Below are positions 16,600 through 27,200 of a stretch of DNA of 54,837 nucleotides, one piece after another. Made by a program: the position numbers and the translations under genes. Origin of the DNA: a virus (lineage: Duplodnaviria > Caudoviricetes); IMG/VR virus record IMGVR_UViG_3300021560_000021, positions 1-54,837 of that record, one strand, 5' to 3'. The notes below the pieces were generated by a model. The model ran no database searches and was not told where the DNA came from. It was given only the letters and a program-made list of their open reading frames with translations. How positions within the stretch are numbered: the stretch's first letter is position 1; the number at the start of each line of letters is the position of its first letter.

Positions 16600-16995
16600 T
16601 TATGACAGCGTGAGGATGCACTGTCCTGCGTTGATGATCAGCGAGTCGCCCGCGCCTAAAGTACGCGCGGTGGCAAGCTGACCGAACCACAGCATGTTGC
16701 CGCCGGTCGCCGTCTGATCCCAAACCTGCAACGCTTGTACCGTGCAGCCCGAAGAGAACGGACCAAACGTCATCGCGTTGGAGTTTGATACCGAGCCGGC
16801 CGGCGACGCGGCAGCATTGAAGCTGCATGTCGCCCGCGCGTAGCCGGAGCCGGTAGCAATTTCGCTGCCGGAAGACGATACCGGCGTGCCGACCGAGAGG
16901 CCGACCGCGATATTGGACGGCCGCGTTGGCGTTTGCGCCATCACGGCGATCCAATTCAGCATCAGCGGCTTGTTGTAGTCAGAGATACCAGCCAT
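16600..16995 (-). CDS. ~130-aa phage fibre-associated structural protein
   Basis: SEIATGSGYARA...SNSNAMTF...VWDQTATGGNMLWFGQL...LGAGDSL pattern of a widespread phage virion family. Confidence 0.75.
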   Translation of the reverse strand: MAGISDYNKPLMLNWIAVMAQTPTRPSNIAVGLSVGTPVSSSGSEIATGSGYARATCSFNAAASPAGSVSNSNAMTFGPFSSGCTVQALQVWDQTATGGNMLWFGQLATARTLGAGDSLIINAGQCILTLS

Positions 16996-17031
16996 GTGTC
17001 GTCACACTCCCCTTTTGGGTTGCAGTGTAGT

Positions 17032-17403
17032 TCAGCCTTTCAGACTGTCGGGCACCTTCCCGCCGTTTTCTTCGAGCTTCTGCATGAGTGCCTTGTACAG
17101 AGCTTCGTTGCGTTCCGCTGATCCATCTGTACCAGCGGTGACGTTAAGTTCCTGCGCCAGCGTATGACGCGCTGCCGCACTGGAATCGAGGCCGAGCACG
17201 TGCAACAGATCAACGATGGATGTACGCCAGTTACCACCGCCGCCCTTCTGCGTTGCGAGGTTCTGCACGATCGCTTCCACGTCGATCACGGGCTTCGGTG
17301 CGGAAGGATCAGCCGGTGTGGCTGCCTGACCAGCAACCGCGGTACCTTCGGCGCTTTCCGTTGTACCGGTCAGCTTGTGCCAGATATCCGTCAACATGCT
17401 CAT
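17032..17403 (-). CDS. DUF3597-like protein, in frame with and nested in the 3' end of the GT9 ORF
   Basis: NWRTSIVDLLHVLGLDSSAAAR..LAQEL...KLEENGGKVP; own RBS AAGGAG 7 nt before ATG 17403. Confidence 0.75.
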   Translation of the reverse strand: MSMLTDIWHKLTGTTESAEGTAVAGQAATPADPSAPKPVIDVEAIVQNLATQKGGGGNWRTSIVDLLHVLGLDSSAAARHTLAQELNVTAGTDGSAERNEALYKALMQKLEENGGKVPDSLKG

Positions 17404-18522
17404 AGGCTCGCTCCTTGCTTGTACTGGTTGGCCTGTAAGCGCAGCCTGTGCGCACCGGACGATATGCTCGATCGGAATCGAGGAAATGCAGGCTGCGGCG
17501 TTCTTTTCCTTGTTCGGTGTGCAATAGGTAAAATCGCTGTGCAGCCGATGGCATGGATAGCAAGGCACCGTCGTTGTGTGCAGTGCGATGACGCGATGCC
17601 AGTACTTGACGATGTTCTCGGGCGATGCATGTGACAGGAGTACAACCTTGGGGATGTCCTCCATGGCAACGGCCCACATTGATCCGGTATCCGGCCCGAT
17701 CACCATGTCGCATTGCTGCAATAGCGCGAGCGAACGTCTGATCGGCCAAGACTTCACGTCGGCGTCGTCAACCGCAATGCTGCCGTCGTCCTTCACCGTC
17801 CACTTCGGCAAGGCGAATTGCAGACCAGTGGTTGATCCGTTGACGTGCTCCACGTGCTTGCGGATTTCTTCCGCCATGGACATTTCGCGCGTACTGGTCG
17901 GCGAGCCAAACAGCACAACCGGAATGCCAAGCTCGCGGATCAAATGAGCGATCGCCGCTGCGGAGTACGGATAGATTTTGTCGATGCGACTACCGGACAG
18001 GCACCAGCCGATCATGCGGTCGCCGATGATCGACTTGGTTTGCACCGCCTTGGCGCGTTCATCATTGGTCGGATAGAAGCGCGGATCAAACTCGTACGGC
18101 ACACCGCAGATATCGTGCAGGTACTCAAGGTAGTTTACGCCGCAATGTGCACGTCGCCATTCCGCCGGCCAGTAGAATTTCGTCTGACCGGGAAACAGCG
18201 CCAACTCGGTTTCGATCGAATGCGATAGATGGCGAAAGTAGGCGTACTCTGCACCACGCTTTTCAAACCAGCCCTGCCATTCTTCGGCCGAGGTAAATGG
18301 AATATCGCCTTGCTTCTTGATCGTCAGTTTGTCGATGTACGGATTGTTTTCAAACACGCATCCCTGCGGGTCCTGCGCAATGACTTCAACATGGTAGTCC
18401 TTGTGCAGATGCGGCAGGACGGACGATACGATGATGTTGTCGCCGATACCGCCCAAGCGTGCGATGCATGCCCACGGCTTCACAGTCGCAGCCATTCGAT
18501 CAATTCGGCGCCCGGCTGACAC
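17032..18522 (-). CDS. Glycosyltransferase family 9 (heptosyltransferase-like) protein
   Basis: RLGGIGDNI, VFENNPYID, IGPDTGSMWAV and PCYPCH motifs. Confidence 0.85.
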   Translation of the reverse strand: MSAGRRIDRMAATVKPWACIARLGGIGDNIIVSSVLPHLHKDYHVEVIAQDPQGCVFENNPYIDKLTIKKQGDIPFTSAEEWQGWFEKRGAEYAYFRHLSHSIETELALFPGQTKFYWPAEWRRAHCGVNYLEYLHDICGVPYEFDPRFYPTNDERAKAVQTKSIIGDRMIGWCLSGSRIDKIYPYSAAAIAHLIRELGIPVVLFGSPTSTREMSMAEEIRKHVEHVNGSTTGLQFALPKWTVKDDGSIAVDDADVKSWPIRRSLALLQQCDMVIGPDTGSMWAVAMEDIPKVVLLSHASPENIVKYWHRVIALHTTTVPCYPCHRLHSDFTYCTPNKEKNAAACISSIPIEHIVRCAQAALTGQPVQARSEPMSMLTDIWHKLTGTTESAEGTAVAGQAATPADPSAPKPVIDVEAIVQNLATQKGGGGNWRTSIVDLLHVLGLDSSAAARHTLAQELNVTAGTDGSAERNEALYKALMQKLEENGGKVPDSLKG

Positions 18523-19103
18523 AGATCAGCCGGCGGTATCTCGCTGTGCTCCTGTTCAAAGCCGACCGCTTCAAGCTCGGCGATCACCGACTTGCCGTCG
18601 TCAATCCAAGTGAACTTGTCGTCCTCATAGATTGCCGGGATGTAGCGGCGCGTCTGATTGAGCGTCCACAGGATGCCACCGGGCTTGATCGCACGATGCA
18701 GAAGTTGTACGTCAAACTCCAGATCGAATACGTGCTGCAAGGCCCAGATCGCGATGGCGCCATGTGCGCGCAGACCGGCTTTGACAAACTGTTGCAGCAT
18801 CAGCGAGTGCGCGGTGGCGAAGCCTTCGCGCGCTGTGTACACCTCTGCCATGTGACGCATTGGCGGCGATATGTCGATCCCGAGCACGGGATTCTTCAAC
18901 AGCTTGGCGATGCGACCGATACCGCAGCCATAGTCGATCACCAGTTCTTCGTCATTGCGGAAGGCGATACGTTCCATCAGCCATGGCGTCTCCTGATCCC
19001 ATCGCTGCTGTGTAGTCAAACCGCATTCCGGCGTAAGGATGATCGCCTTGGCAGCCTCCATGTTATCCTGCACAAATATGTGCGGATTGTACCGAGGTTC
19101 CAT
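18480..19103 (-). CDS. Class I SAM-dependent methyltransferase
   Basis: VIDYGCGIGR, LGIDISPPM, ALQH and IKPGG motifs. Confidence 0.9.
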   Translation of the reverse strand: MEPRYNPHIFVQDNMEAAKAIILTPECGLTTQQRWDQETPWLMERIAFRNDEELVIDYGCGIGRIAKLLKNPVLGIDISPPMRHMAEVYTAREGFATAHSLMLQQFVKAGLRAHGAIAIWALQHVFDLEFDVQLLHRAIKPGGILWTLNQTRRYIPAIYEDDKFTWIDDGKSVIAELEAVGFEQEHSEIPPADLCQPGAELIEWLRL

Positions 19104-19125
19104 GAACTTCTCTCCGGGTTATTTT

Positions 19126-19668
19126 TTAAGGTATGGTCGCACTCTGTGGCGGCCAGACAGGCTCGCCGCCACCGGCCATGACATCGCGTTGTGTGCCAAG
19201 CGTACTCAACAGATTGCGCTCAGCTTTGTACAAAGCGATCACACTGGCTTCGTCAAAGTTGTGTGGATTGCCGTCAGTGTCGTTGATCGCCACCGTCGCC
19301 GTGTCATGTGGCAAACCGAGGCCGGACGATGCATCGCGTGCAATGGCACCGGTCTGTGCGAAGCTCGCACTGTCGATCGGATATGTGCCGTTGAGCGCCG
19401 AATTGGATGTTGACGTGATGGTGATACCATCCGCGACCTTCTGCGCGTAAACCTGATCAGCGGTCGGCGGTGGCGTCGGCGGCGTGTACGACACAAGCTG
19501 ACCGCCGCTTATCGCATAAAAGCCGTTCAACCGAGCGGCCCACTCGTCATCGTTCATCTCGTACAATGTTGTCGGCAGATTTGGATAATCGGCAAAGTCG
19601 GTATCATACCAGCCGGTGATCGGTGACGGCTCTGGTACGCTCGGATTAAAGCTCCCGTATTTTGGCAT
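19126..19668 (-). CDS. Tail fibre assembly/chaperone-like protein (DUF4376-like)
   Basis: Follows the tail fibre with TGATG overlap; ITGWYDT...LVSYTPP...LNGTYPID. Confidence 0.7.
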   Translation of the reverse strand: MPKYGSFNPSVPEPSPITGWYDTDFADYPNLPTTLYEMNDDEWAARLNGFYAISGGQLVSYTPPTPPPTADQVYAQKVADGITITSTSNSALNGTYPIDSASFAQTGAIARDASSGLGLPHDTATVAINDTDGNPHNFDEASVIALYKAERNLLSTLGTQRDVMAGGGEPVWPPQSATIP

Positions 19669-20978
19669 CAGTACCCCCATGCTATCCAGCGCACGCCAAC
19701 GCCGCCGAAGTACGTCGGCGTTGAACCGTGATTGTATCCAGTCGCCAATTGGAACTGCGCAAGGTTTGGTACCGGGATGCCGATATCCGCGATACCCAAC
19801 CCGTCATCAACGCCGACAATGGTAAATATCCCGTTCGGGAAAGCGATCGGGAAATTGAAGGTATCGTAACCGGTGATCGAGGTCTGCAAGCCGCCTTGCA
19901 GAATTACGCCGTTGGGCAATCGACAGTAACCACCCGCAGAATTGCTTGCCAACAGAAAGTCGTTAAGAATGACGCCGGCCGCATTATCACCTGATCCATA
20001 AGCGCCGAGCGCCGCACGCAATCGACCATTGCCGGCGACGATGTTGCTACCGGAGTTGATCGTGGTGATCGAGCCGTCAACCTGCAACGAGCCGTGGAAG
20101 TTGACGTTGCCTTGCGCGGTCATCGTGTTGGAAGAGGTCACCGCCGCGCCAGAGACCGTGCCGGCTGGCGCGCTGACGTTGCCGTTGGTTGACGAGATAC
20201 CGCCTGTCGCAGTGATCGCGCCGCCAAAAGTAACACCAGCAGCAGAGCCATCAAAATGCACCGCACCGGTTGCCAGCGTAACCCAAAACGGCCGCAATGC
20301 ATTGTACACGCCAAGCGGCTGATTGTTGTTGGTCATCAGCAGATAGACATTGGTATTGTCCATCCGCCAACCGACGCCGTAGCCGGTCGTCTCGCCCAGC
20401 GTCATGCGCATTTGCATGGCGCCGGCATCAACGCCGGTCGCGATCACGCCTTGCTGAAAATAGTTGCTCAGTTGCCAACGGTTCTGCCCGCCGATCTGAC
20501 CGTACGCGACCGACGAAATGCCAGTGACAAGTCCGGTAGCACCGACCGATACGGTAGCGCCGACGTAAGTACCAACCGTGACACCGCCGCTAGGTGGCAG
20601 TGAGCCGTTGGCCAATGCGGTGACGCGACCATCCGCTTCAACCGATATTTGTACCGTTGGTCCATAGGTGCCCGGTACAACGCCCGTGTTGGGAATGACA
20701 AACTGCGATTTGATCGCTGCGATGAAGTTCTGCTCAATCGTCGCAATCGTGCCATCGTCAATCACGTCGGCGGCAATGGTATCGTTGATGAACTTGGCGA
20801 TCATGGAGGCCATGATCGAAGTCTGCCGCCATGTCTTATTGGCTTGCTGACCGTTGGCCTTACCAGCAACCACACCCGATGTCAGGTTGGTTGCGCCCGC
20901 ATAGTCGGATTGCAGCAACACGTTGGCATTGCCGCCACCAGCCCATACGAGAAAGTCATTGCGTGGTGCAAGTGCCAT
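19668..20978 (-). CDS. Tail fibre protein
   Basis: N-terminal NDFLVWAGGGNANV..Q baseplate attachment motif; C-terminal GYCRLPNGVILQGG...FPIAFPN...WIAWGY. Confidence 0.85.
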   Translation of the reverse strand: MALAPRNDFLVWAGGGNANVLLQSDYAGATNLTSGVVAGKANGQQANKTWRQTSIMASMIAKFINDTIAADVIDDGTIATIEQNFIAAIKSQFVIPNTGVVPGTYGPTVQISVEADGRVTALANGSLPPSGGVTVGTYVGATVSVGATGLVTGISSVAYGQIGGQNRWQLSNYFQQGVIATGVDAGAMQMRMTLGETTGYGVGWRMDNTNVYLLMTNNNQPLGVYNALRPFWVTLATGAVHFDGSAAGVTFGGAITATGGISSTNGNVSAPAGTVSGAAVTSSNTMTAQGNVNFHGSLQVDGSITTINSGSNIVAGNGRLRAALGAYGSGDNAAGVILNDFLLASNSAGGYCRLPNGVILQGGLQTSITGYDTFNFPIAFPNGIFTIVGVDDGLGIADIGIPVPNLAQFQLATGYNHGSTPTYFGGVGVRWIAWGY

Positions 20979-20990
20979 CGTCGCCTTTTC

Positions 20991-23030
20991 CTACATTGAA
21001 CCGAAGCCGGACGGATTGGCGTACAGCCATGTGGACGGATCAAAGCAGCCATCCACGGTATCGGTTGGATTGTTCAGATTGACCCACGGACCGTAACCGC
21101 CGATGACGGGGTTCTGCAAAGAAGGATCAAATGGAATGCCACCCTGATTGGATGCTGGGTCCTGCGTGCCGGTCATGTAGCGATTCCATGAGCCATTGTT
21201 GACACGTATCCACAGCTTCCAATTCGTCAGGTCCATCGCGAAGCAGATGCGGTTGCCATAGACAAAGGAGTCGAGGCCAGTATCGTTCTCGCTGAAACTG
21301 CCGAACTTGTACCCGCCGGTGCCGTCAAGCGGCCAGTTGCGCCAGCAGTTCAAGCCATAGTTGGAGTACGTCGGGTATTGGCTAGTGTACGGCGTAAATC
21401 CGCCAGTGTTGTTCCAATAGGCACCGACGATGCCAACCACGATATAGGTGCCGCCGTTGACCGGATCGTATCCGTCCCTGACAAAGTTGAATTCCCAGTA
21501 CCACTTGCCGGACGGCTTGAAGTACTTGCCGATCACGCTGCCGGTGTTCCACTGCGCGGACTGCACACCGTATGCACGGGTATTGACAAAACTGCCGCTG
21601 TTCTGCACCGCGACGCGCGCCGGCTCTAGTGCAACAAACTGCTGATTGGATGGAATGTTGAAGCTTGTACCGCCAGCACCGCTGATCGTCGCTGCGATCG
21701 TCTGCCGGCGCCCGGCGCTGCCCACAACACCGCCAAGGCCGGCAATGGTCGCCGAAGCTGACAGCAACGATGTACCACGCGACGAGTCAGCGGTGATCCC
21801 GCCAGCACCGGGAATGATGATGCTGCCCACCATCTGTACCGGCGCCATGCCGGGCACGCTGACCAAGCCGGTACCGGGGATGGTCGCCTGTGCGACTTCA
21901 AGGATGGTCGCGGAGCCGATCACACTACCGATGCCGGCAATCGTCGCCCGCGTCTGGCCGGCGGATACCACGGCGGTTGCGGTGACTGATCCCACACCGT
22001 TGATCGTCGCGCTATTGCCGAAGCGCGACACGACGTTGGCGTTGGCGATGATGAAGGCTTCGGCACCCATCGTCACGGTGTAGCCGGCGGCACTCACCAG
22101 ACTGTTGGCGATCACCGCGCCGGTACCAGCAATGGTCGCGGCGGCGGGCTGCGCGCGCGAGGCGTTGGCGATGATGGTACCGACGCCGGCCATGGTCGCG
22201 CTGATCGGCTGCGCGCGACTGCCGAATGCCGTCACGCCACCCGTCGCGTTGATCGTAATGCCGATCGGACGCAGCAGGTTGGCTCGCCCGATGACGCTGC
22301 CCGTGCCGCTGATCTGCATCTGCTGGAATGACGCACCACCGGCAATCATCGCGCCTGTGCCGCGAATGGTCGCCGAGGCGAAGCGCACCAGACCAGCACG
22401 AGCAAAGACACCGCCAAAGCCGGTGATCGTCGCGCTGACCGGGAACGATACCGGGTCCTTAATCAGGTAGTTGATGGCGACGCCGGCCGGTTTGATCGGC
22501 AGGTAATTACCGACAAGGATAGCGCGGAAGATGGCGTTCTGTACCGCACCGTGTACCTCAACCTGCATCGTCATATCCATGTTGTCGGTCACGGTGGCGG
22601 ACACGCCTTCGTCCACCAGCAACAACTTGAACATGTCGATGACTTCGCCGATTGTACCGCGCCAGACATTTGCAGCGGCTTTGGCGTACAGCAGCTTGCG
22701 ATAGGTACCGTCATCCAGACGCGTCACGCCTTCGTCAGGATCAAATGCCCCTTGCCAGTAGCCTTGCTCCCATCCGAGCAACTCAGTATCCCACGAGAAG
22801 TACACACCCGTGATCGGCGTTTCGACAAAGCGCGTGCGGCCGATCCAAATGCCAACGATATCCAACTGCGCGCCGATCGCGTCATCCAGATCAAAGTCAC
22901 CCGACAGACCGGAAATGGCCGTCTGGATATCCACCAGTGGATTGAGCGCAGCCTTCAAGGTCGCGATGAAGTCAGGCTTATCCGCATTCATCGGCGGCAC
23001 GAGGCCGAGATAATCATCGACTGTTGGCAT
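20991..23030 (-). CDS. DUF2612 baseplate wedge protein extended by ATIxGxG repeats and a SPRY/ConA-like domain
   Basis: FDLDDAIGAQLDIVGIWIGRTR, LDDGTYRKLL and PIKPAGV; then repeats; then SGKWYWEF...CFAMDLTNWKLW. Confidence 0.85.
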   Translation of the reverse strand: MPTVDDYLGLVPPMNADKPDFIATLKAALNPLVDIQTAISGLSGDFDLDDAIGAQLDIVGIWIGRTRFVETPITGVYFSWDTELLGWEQGYWQGAFDPDEGVTRLDDGTYRKLLYAKAAANVWRGTIGEVIDMFKLLLVDEGVSATVTDNMDMTMQVEVHGAVQNAIFRAILVGNYLPIKPAGVAINYLIKDPVSFPVSATITGFGGVFARAGLVRFASATIRGTGAMIAGGASFQQMQISGTGSVIGRANLLRPIGITINATGGVTAFGSRAQPISATMAGVGTIIANASRAQPAAATIAGTGAVIANSLVSAAGYTVTMGAEAFIIANANVVSRFGNSATINGVGSVTATAVVSAGQTRATIAGIGSVIGSATILEVAQATIPGTGLVSVPGMAPVQMVGSIIIPGAGGITADSSRGTSLLSASATIAGLGGVVGSAGRRQTIAATISGAGGTSFNIPSNQQFVALEPARVAVQNSGSFVNTRAYGVQSAQWNTGSVIGKYFKPSGKWYWEFNFVRDGYDPVNGGTYIVVGIVGAYWNNTGGFTPYTSQYPTYSNYGLNCWRNWPLDGTGGYKFGSFSENDTGLDSFVYGNRICFAMDLTNWKLWIRVNNGSWNRYMTGTQDPASNQGGIPFDPSLQNPVIGGYGPWVNLNNPTDTVDGCFDPSTWLYANPSGFGSM

Positions 23031-23033
23031 GGA

Positions 23034-24242
23034 TCAGTGCACCAGTACGGTGACGATGATGTTATCCAAGGTGCAGGTCGCGGCTTCGTTGAAGGCCATC
23101 ACCACATCGGAATTTGACGGCGAGCCTGTTCTCGAGATCAACAACTGCACAATGTTGTATGTCACACCCAAATTGTCGGGCAGCATGTACGCCGGATGGA
23201 ATATCTGCGTCAGGTACACGTCACCGCCGATATCCAGCGACGAGACAAAATCAGCAATCGCCTGCGCGATCACCTGTGCGGTTGATGTCGTGTATCCAAC
23301 CAACGGCTGAATGGTCAGCGCGACAGTGATCGGTACCAACACCGGCCGGAAGAAACTGACCTGATAGCTGACGCCTTGCTGATCAATCACGGTTTCCGTG
23401 GTTGTACCATAGGTGCCGCAGCCGGGCGGCTTGCGCAGCATGATCGTATCGCAAATCACCTGTGCATCGCCGCCATCCACGACAAAGGCCACGCTGTTGC
23501 CGGGAATGCCGTTGGCGTCGGTCACCTTGGTATCGTTTTCGTACGAGATGTACCGCACCACACCGGGTATCTCGGCAACGCCGCCGGTCATGCCGTCAAG
23601 CACGGTCTGCGACGGCAGTTCGGTGGACACGGTTTGCCGCTGACGCAGCGCCGCGTCGCTTTCCAGCGGATCACCCTGTGTTGCCTTTGCCGGGTTGTTG
23701 ACGCTTTGCCAGCCGCGTACCGGAGTGAGGATGGTTTGAATGGTATCCTGATCAGCCGATATCGCACCGGAGTTGGCGGCAATCGCGGTGACGGTGATTT
23801 CACCACTTGGCGGAATTTGTACGGTCGGCGGCAGCAGCCAGTTGTTTTGATTCTCGTCGCGCGCGATACCGTTGATGATGGTCGTACCGTTCTGCCCGAT
23901 CAGCAGAAGATCGACCATGGAGTTGGTCGGCACCAGCCGCCGCATATTGTTGATTTTGACAACGCTGGATAGACCAATACCTTCCGCCGTAGCCGGCGAA
24001 AACGAGTTGTACACCTGCACAGCCATGGAGTTGGCATCGTGAATCGCCAACGCCACGATGGCGATCCACTGAAAGTCCTGACTGTCATCGCCAAGGTAGG
24101 TATCTTCGCCGTAAATGCCGAGGTACTGATTGATGAAGTACGTCAGCACGTCTTCGTACGCAGGCACATGAATGCCCGTCTGATCAACGTACGCGACAGG
24201 CGTCGTCGGAAACGTCTGTGCTGATGTTGTGGTAACAGACAC
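23034..24242 (-). CDS. Baseplate J/gp47-like wedge protein
   Basis: YNSFSPATAEGIGL, ESDAALRQRQ, YENDT..TDANGIP.NS...VVDGG. Confidence 0.9.
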   Translation of the reverse strand: MSVTTTSAQTFPTTPVAYVDQTGIHVPAYEDVLTYFINQYLGIYGEDTYLGDDSQDFQWIAIVALAIHDANSMAVQVYNSFSPATAEGIGLSSVVKINNMRRLVPTNSMVDLLLIGQNGTTIINGIARDENQNNWLLPPTVQIPPSGEITVTAIAANSGAISADQDTIQTILTPVRGWQSVNNPAKATQGDPLESDAALRQRQTVSTELPSQTVLDGMTGGVAEIPGVVRYISYENDTKVTDANGIPGNSVAFVVDGGDAQVICDTIMLRKPPGCGTYGTTTETVIDQQGVSYQVSFFRPVLVPITVALTIQPLVGYTTSTAQVIAQAIADFVSSLDIGGDVYLTQIFHPAYMLPDNLGVTYNIVQLLISRTGSPSNSDVVMAFNEAATCTLDNIIVTVLVH

Positions 24243-24254
24243 CGGTCGATCCTT

Positions 24255-27200
24255 TTATGCGAGCGCGCCAGTCAGCAAAACGATCTGCTCGGACGGCAGC
24301 GCAATGGAGGACATGGATGCTTGTGTGCCGATCAACGGTGTGGTCGGATTGGCCTTGCCGATCTCCCACCGTGCAACCGTACCGCTAATCGCACCGCCAA
24401 GTACCGACAGGTTCAACGTCTTAGCCGCAGCCACGTCATAGTTGACGATCTGTGCAGCGAATGCCTTGGCATTGACGGTGAACAGGATATCCACGCTGGT
24501 CAGGCTGGTACTGGCCGACACCTGATTGCCAGACATGACCTGTCCGGCCTTGCCGAGATAATAGCCGGCCGGATCAATCTTGGTCGGATCGCTGGCAAGC
24601 TGCTTGTTGCCAACCGCGCCGTAATAGTCATCGTACAGCGCATCCCACATGGCGGCGCCAGTGAAATTGAAATCGCTCTTATGCGCCGCACTCAACAGCA
24701 ACGCATTGTACACCGCGCCGACATAGGTGCCCTGCCACGGCAGACCGAATGCACCGCTGTTCTGTGCAGCGTTGCCGTTGTACTCGGTCATCATGATCGG
24801 AATGTCGGCCGCCGCCGTATTGACCAGCTTGGCGCGTACCGATGCCACGTCGGTAAAGCCTATCGCCTTGGCGTAAATCTGCGCATTGGTATCGGCCGGA
24901 GCGACCGGGTACGAATGGAAGCAAAAGAAATCCACCTTGCCCGCACTATCGACAAGGAAAGCCGCGATATCCGGCGCATTCCACGATAAGCCTTCGGTGG
25001 CGCCCACCTTATACGCCGCGTTGATCCCGTGCAGCGTATCAGCAATCGCGTTGAAGTATGCGCTGTACGTGTCCACGTCAGACGGCCACTCATTGCCAAC
25101 CGACCAATAAATGATCTCGTGGCCAGCCGTCTTTTCCGCCTGCGCAAATGTACCGACCAGTGATGCCCACTGTGACGGTGATAACACTTCCTGTCCGGTC
25201 AGCGGCCCCACGCCCATGATCAAACGATAGGACGGGTCCATGAAGGACGTGGCATTTGCCCACCACGCATTCATCACCGTGTTGTCTGTACCGAAGTTGC
25301 GCGCGATGTACTGGTCAGCGTTGATACGCAACAGTGTTGGCCTGATCTGCGCCAACGACGAAACCACGCTAGAATTGGCCAGCGCGGCAAACTTGTTGTC
25401 GGCCAGCGCACCAGTTGACAGACCGAAGTTGTACCGCGAGAAGCCTTTGATCACCGAGGTAAGTGCAACGCTTCCGGTCGCAGTTGCCGGTGCGATCTGG
25501 ATGGTGAAGCTCTTGGTAACCGTGGAGCCGTTGGTCAGTTGCGCGGTGATCGAAACCGAGTTTGTACCGGCCGTCAGCGCACCAGCGGTTTGCAGTTGCG
25601 AGTTTACGATCTTGAAGTTGGCGGCATTGCTACCGCCTAGCGCACCGAAAGTACCGGTGAACTGCCCGCTTGACGTGACTACCACGATATTGCCGACCAC
25701 GGTTGAAGCCGGCGAGCCTGCGGTGACCGTCTGATTGTCAAGCAGGATATCGGTTACCGTCTGGCTTGCCAAGCGCGGATCGCCCGCTTCGCCAACCCAA
25801 TGATAGGTGCCGGTGCCGGCCCCGGCCGGACGCGCCGCATAGGCTCGGATGTAGTCGATATGCGCACCGGAGCCGTTGCCGCCGGCCACCGACTGCGCAC
25901 CGTCAAAGGTGATGTTGCTAGCCGTCGCCGCCGTCGGATCAGACCCTTGAGTCCAGATGTTCGGCTCAGTCCAATAGTACCAATTGCCGGCCGCGTTGGT
26001 TTGCCAGATCACATTGTTGACGTAAACGATCCGCGTGACGTTGCTGCTAAAGCCGGCATTGGCGCCGTTCTTCTGCACCACACCGGCCGAAGTGACCGTC
26101 CACACCGCACCGTTGATATCGGTGATCGAGCCGATACCCGGCGTTGCACTCGGGATCGTCGTACCGGCAAAGTCGTCAAGGAATTGCGCAGCCGACTTGT
26201 TGAGTGTACCACCGGTACCGGAGTAGGCCGCCGCGCGCGAGGCCCACACACCGATGTAGTCAACCTGCATGACGTTGGTTGTCGTCGGCGTGGTGACTGC
26301 CGGTGCACCAGACCAGCTAGTTGGACCACCGATCGCCAGCACGCAATTGATGTACCAAAGGTTGGCCGCGATATCGGACGGCATCGCCTGTTGATACGTT
26401 TGTACGTTATCAAACCAGAAGGTGATGGTTGATCCGGTAAGCTCTACGCCATAGGTGTGGAACGCCAGCGAGACATCGGCAACACCTGTGTAGTCATTTT
26501 CATGGCTGGCGCCGGCAACGCCTGAATGAATGGACTGACGTACAACACCCGGCGAGCCACCGAGCAGTTCAACAACGTCAAGCTCACCGGGCGGATACGT
26601 AACAGTGCCGCCAGTGTGTACAGACAGCGGATAGAGCACCAACGCACCCCACGTACCCGGACCACCATTGGCCGGGCCGCCTTTCGGCATTTGAATCCGG
26701 CCTTCGCAATAGCCGTGGTTGAACGCATAGAGGCCGGGTTCCGGGCCGCCATTGATCTCGCGACAGGACGTGATGCAGCCGGAATTCCACGGCTGGCCTG
26801 CGGGATTGATCACACTGACTGGTGCGCCCGAACCCTCAAATGCGCCGATGTCATAAGCAGTACCTTGCGGACGACCTAGACCGGTCGCATCGGTCGTCAC
26901 TACTGGAATCGTCAGCCCATGATTGAGCGCAGCCGAGCCGGCGCCAAGTGCGTAGTTATTGGCTGGGTACGAGGATGCGTTGATGAAATTCGGATTACCG
27001 CTCTGCCCGTTGGGGTTCCATCCGGTCGTGGCGCCGCTTGAGAACGCAGCACCATTCGTCAGGTACACATCGTTATAGTCGATCTGTCCAACCGCAGTCG
27101 GTGTCCAACCATTTGTCACGAAGGCAAACGACGATGCACCGGAGCAAGCGATGATGTTATTCTTGAACTCGCTCGCTGCGTTTGGCGATCCCATAGAGAA

